Origin: Candidatus Nanohalobium sp. | GTDB taxonomy: Archaea; Nanohalarchaeota; Nanosalinia; Nanosalinales; Nanosalinaceae | Length of the DNA stretch: 24,133 nucleotides | Direction: 5' to 3' | Assembly (NCBI GenBank): GCA_042217545.1 | Contig: JBDGSM010000007.1 | Location: 1-24,133, forward strand | Notes under the pieces: model-generated | Told to the model about the DNA's origin: nothing | What the model saw: only the letters and a program-made list of their open reading frames with translations | Database searches by the model: none | Program-made: the position numbers and the translations under genes | Shown: positions 23,063-24,133 of the stretch, piece after piece | How positions within the stretch are numbered: the stretch's first letter is position 1 | How the letters are laid out: every line of letters begins with the position of its first letter

Positions 23063-24133
23063 ATGAAGAAACAGATTCTGGCAGCAGCGATAGTTTTCAC
23101 GTTCCTTGTCTCCTCCACGGCAGCGGCTTCAAACAGTTCAGCAACGCAGAACATCACGGAAAATATCTCGGACACCGCTACTGAGAAACCTGACATAGTT
23201 TTCTTTTACTCGCCGACCTGCCCACACTGCGACCACGTAGAAGAGTACATTCAAGGCCTGAACCGCTCAAAGTTCAACCTGAAGAAGTACAAGGCCTCAA
23301 CTCATTCAAAACTGTTCTCGGCCTACATACAGAACCACTCAGTACCGGCGCGGTTTGCGGGAGCGGTACCCACAGTCTTCATCGATGAAAAATCCGCGGT
23401 CGGCTCCAAAAACTCCATACAGCTCATCAAAAAGACTTTAAACAGCGAGGATAGAGGTGAAAAGCAGGAAAGCAGTTCTACTGGTCAAGATGCAAAAGGA
23501 GAGGTAGGGAAACAGGAAAACGCTCTCTCCAAGCTTGGAATCATAGGATTGGCGGGTCTGGCGGCGACCGACTCCGTGAATCCCTGTGCGTTGGCTGTCC
23601 TGCTGATTCTGATCGGCTCGATCATGTCCGGCAACCTGGAAGACCAGTTGAAGGCCTTGAAGTCAGGAGCAGCATTCACCGCAGGAATCTTCGCCTCATA
23701 CCTCACCATGGGCGTCTTACTGGTGTTCGGCATTAAATCAGTCCAGAAAGCAACCGCTTTGAATATTGACGGAGTCTACCTGTTCTTCGGCGGCTTCGCA
23801 GTCCTGATAGGTCTTCTCAATCTGAAGGACTGGTACAGCCATGGCCTCGGAGGCTTCGCAATGGAAGTACCGTTCTCCTGGAGGCCACAAATGAAGTCCT
23901 ACCTCAAAAAAGTTACAGGCCTGGGAGGAGCTTTCCTCACAGCTCTGATAGTCTCACTTTTCCTCCTGCCCTGCACATCCGGACCATACTTCGTAGCAGG
24001 AGGAATACTATCCAACACAGCCTGGAACCTGGCAATCCCTCTCCTGATACTCTACAACGCTATATTCATCGCACCGATGCTCCTGATAATCACAGCACTC
24101 TACCTCGGGGCGACAGAAGTCGAAAAAATCCGG
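23063..24133 (+). CDS. Thioredoxin/glutaredoxin-domain plus CcdA/DsbD-like membrane protein, partial at window edge
   Basis: Signal peptide MKKQILAAAIVFTFLVSSTAAA, FFYSPTCPHC, VPTVFI, then TM domain with DSVNPCA and LPCTSGPY. Absent from the ORF track because there is no stop in the window. Confidence 0.88.
   Translation, partial: MKKQILAAAIVFTFLVSSTAAASNSSATQNITENISDTATEKPDIVFFYSPTCPHCDHVEEYIQGLNRSKFNLKKYKASTHSKLFSAYIQNHSVPARFAGAVPTVFIDEKSAVGSKNSIQLIKKTLNSEDRGEKQESSSTGQDAKGEVGKQENALSKLGIIGLAGLAATDSVNPCALAVLLILIGSIMSGNLEDQLKALKSGAAFTAGIFASYLTMGVLLVFGIKSVQKATALNIDGVYLFFGGFAVLIGLLNLKDWYSHGLGGFAMEVPFSWRPQMKSYLKKVTGLGGAFLTALIVSLFLLPCTSGPYFVAGGILSNTAWNLAIPLLILYNAIFIAPMLLIITALYLGATEVEKIR

Overview
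Core chromosomal segment of a halophilic archaeon. The very acidic proteins, compact genes, TATA-proximal leaderless starts and DPANN-like gene set suggest Nanohaloarchaeota (inference). The right part holds a replication origin (ORB boxes with G-strings, about 21930-22410) next to a leftward cdc6 - PolD DP1 - HAD hydrolase - PolD DP2 cluster; DP2 carries a 491-aa LAGLIDADG intein. Further left are a CBS/Zn-finger protein, three paralogous unknown genes, DUF167, dnaG, a LURP-one-like protein, a frameshifted mscS, an Lrp regulator, tRNA-Thr(CGT) with a 135-nt BHB intron, a kinase-like protein, two aminopeptidases, fxsA and a coiled-coil protein with exact internal duplications. Signals not explained by this annotation: (1) two 110-128 bp multi-hairpin inserts at operon junctions, each flanked by an 18-21 bp direct repeat of the upstream gene's stop/Shine-Dalgarno region and each holding a 40-49 codon ORF that ends in the upstream gene's last five residues; (2) the palindrome AGGCCT about 85 times by manual count versus about 6 expected (HIP1-like); (3) a kissing-loop three-way-junction RNA candidate upstream of DUF167-dnaG; (4) a free-standing BHB motif in the tRNA trailer; (5) iterated TATAAC-N3-GTTATA palindromes inside oriC. 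All family calls come from motif recognition; no database searches were run.
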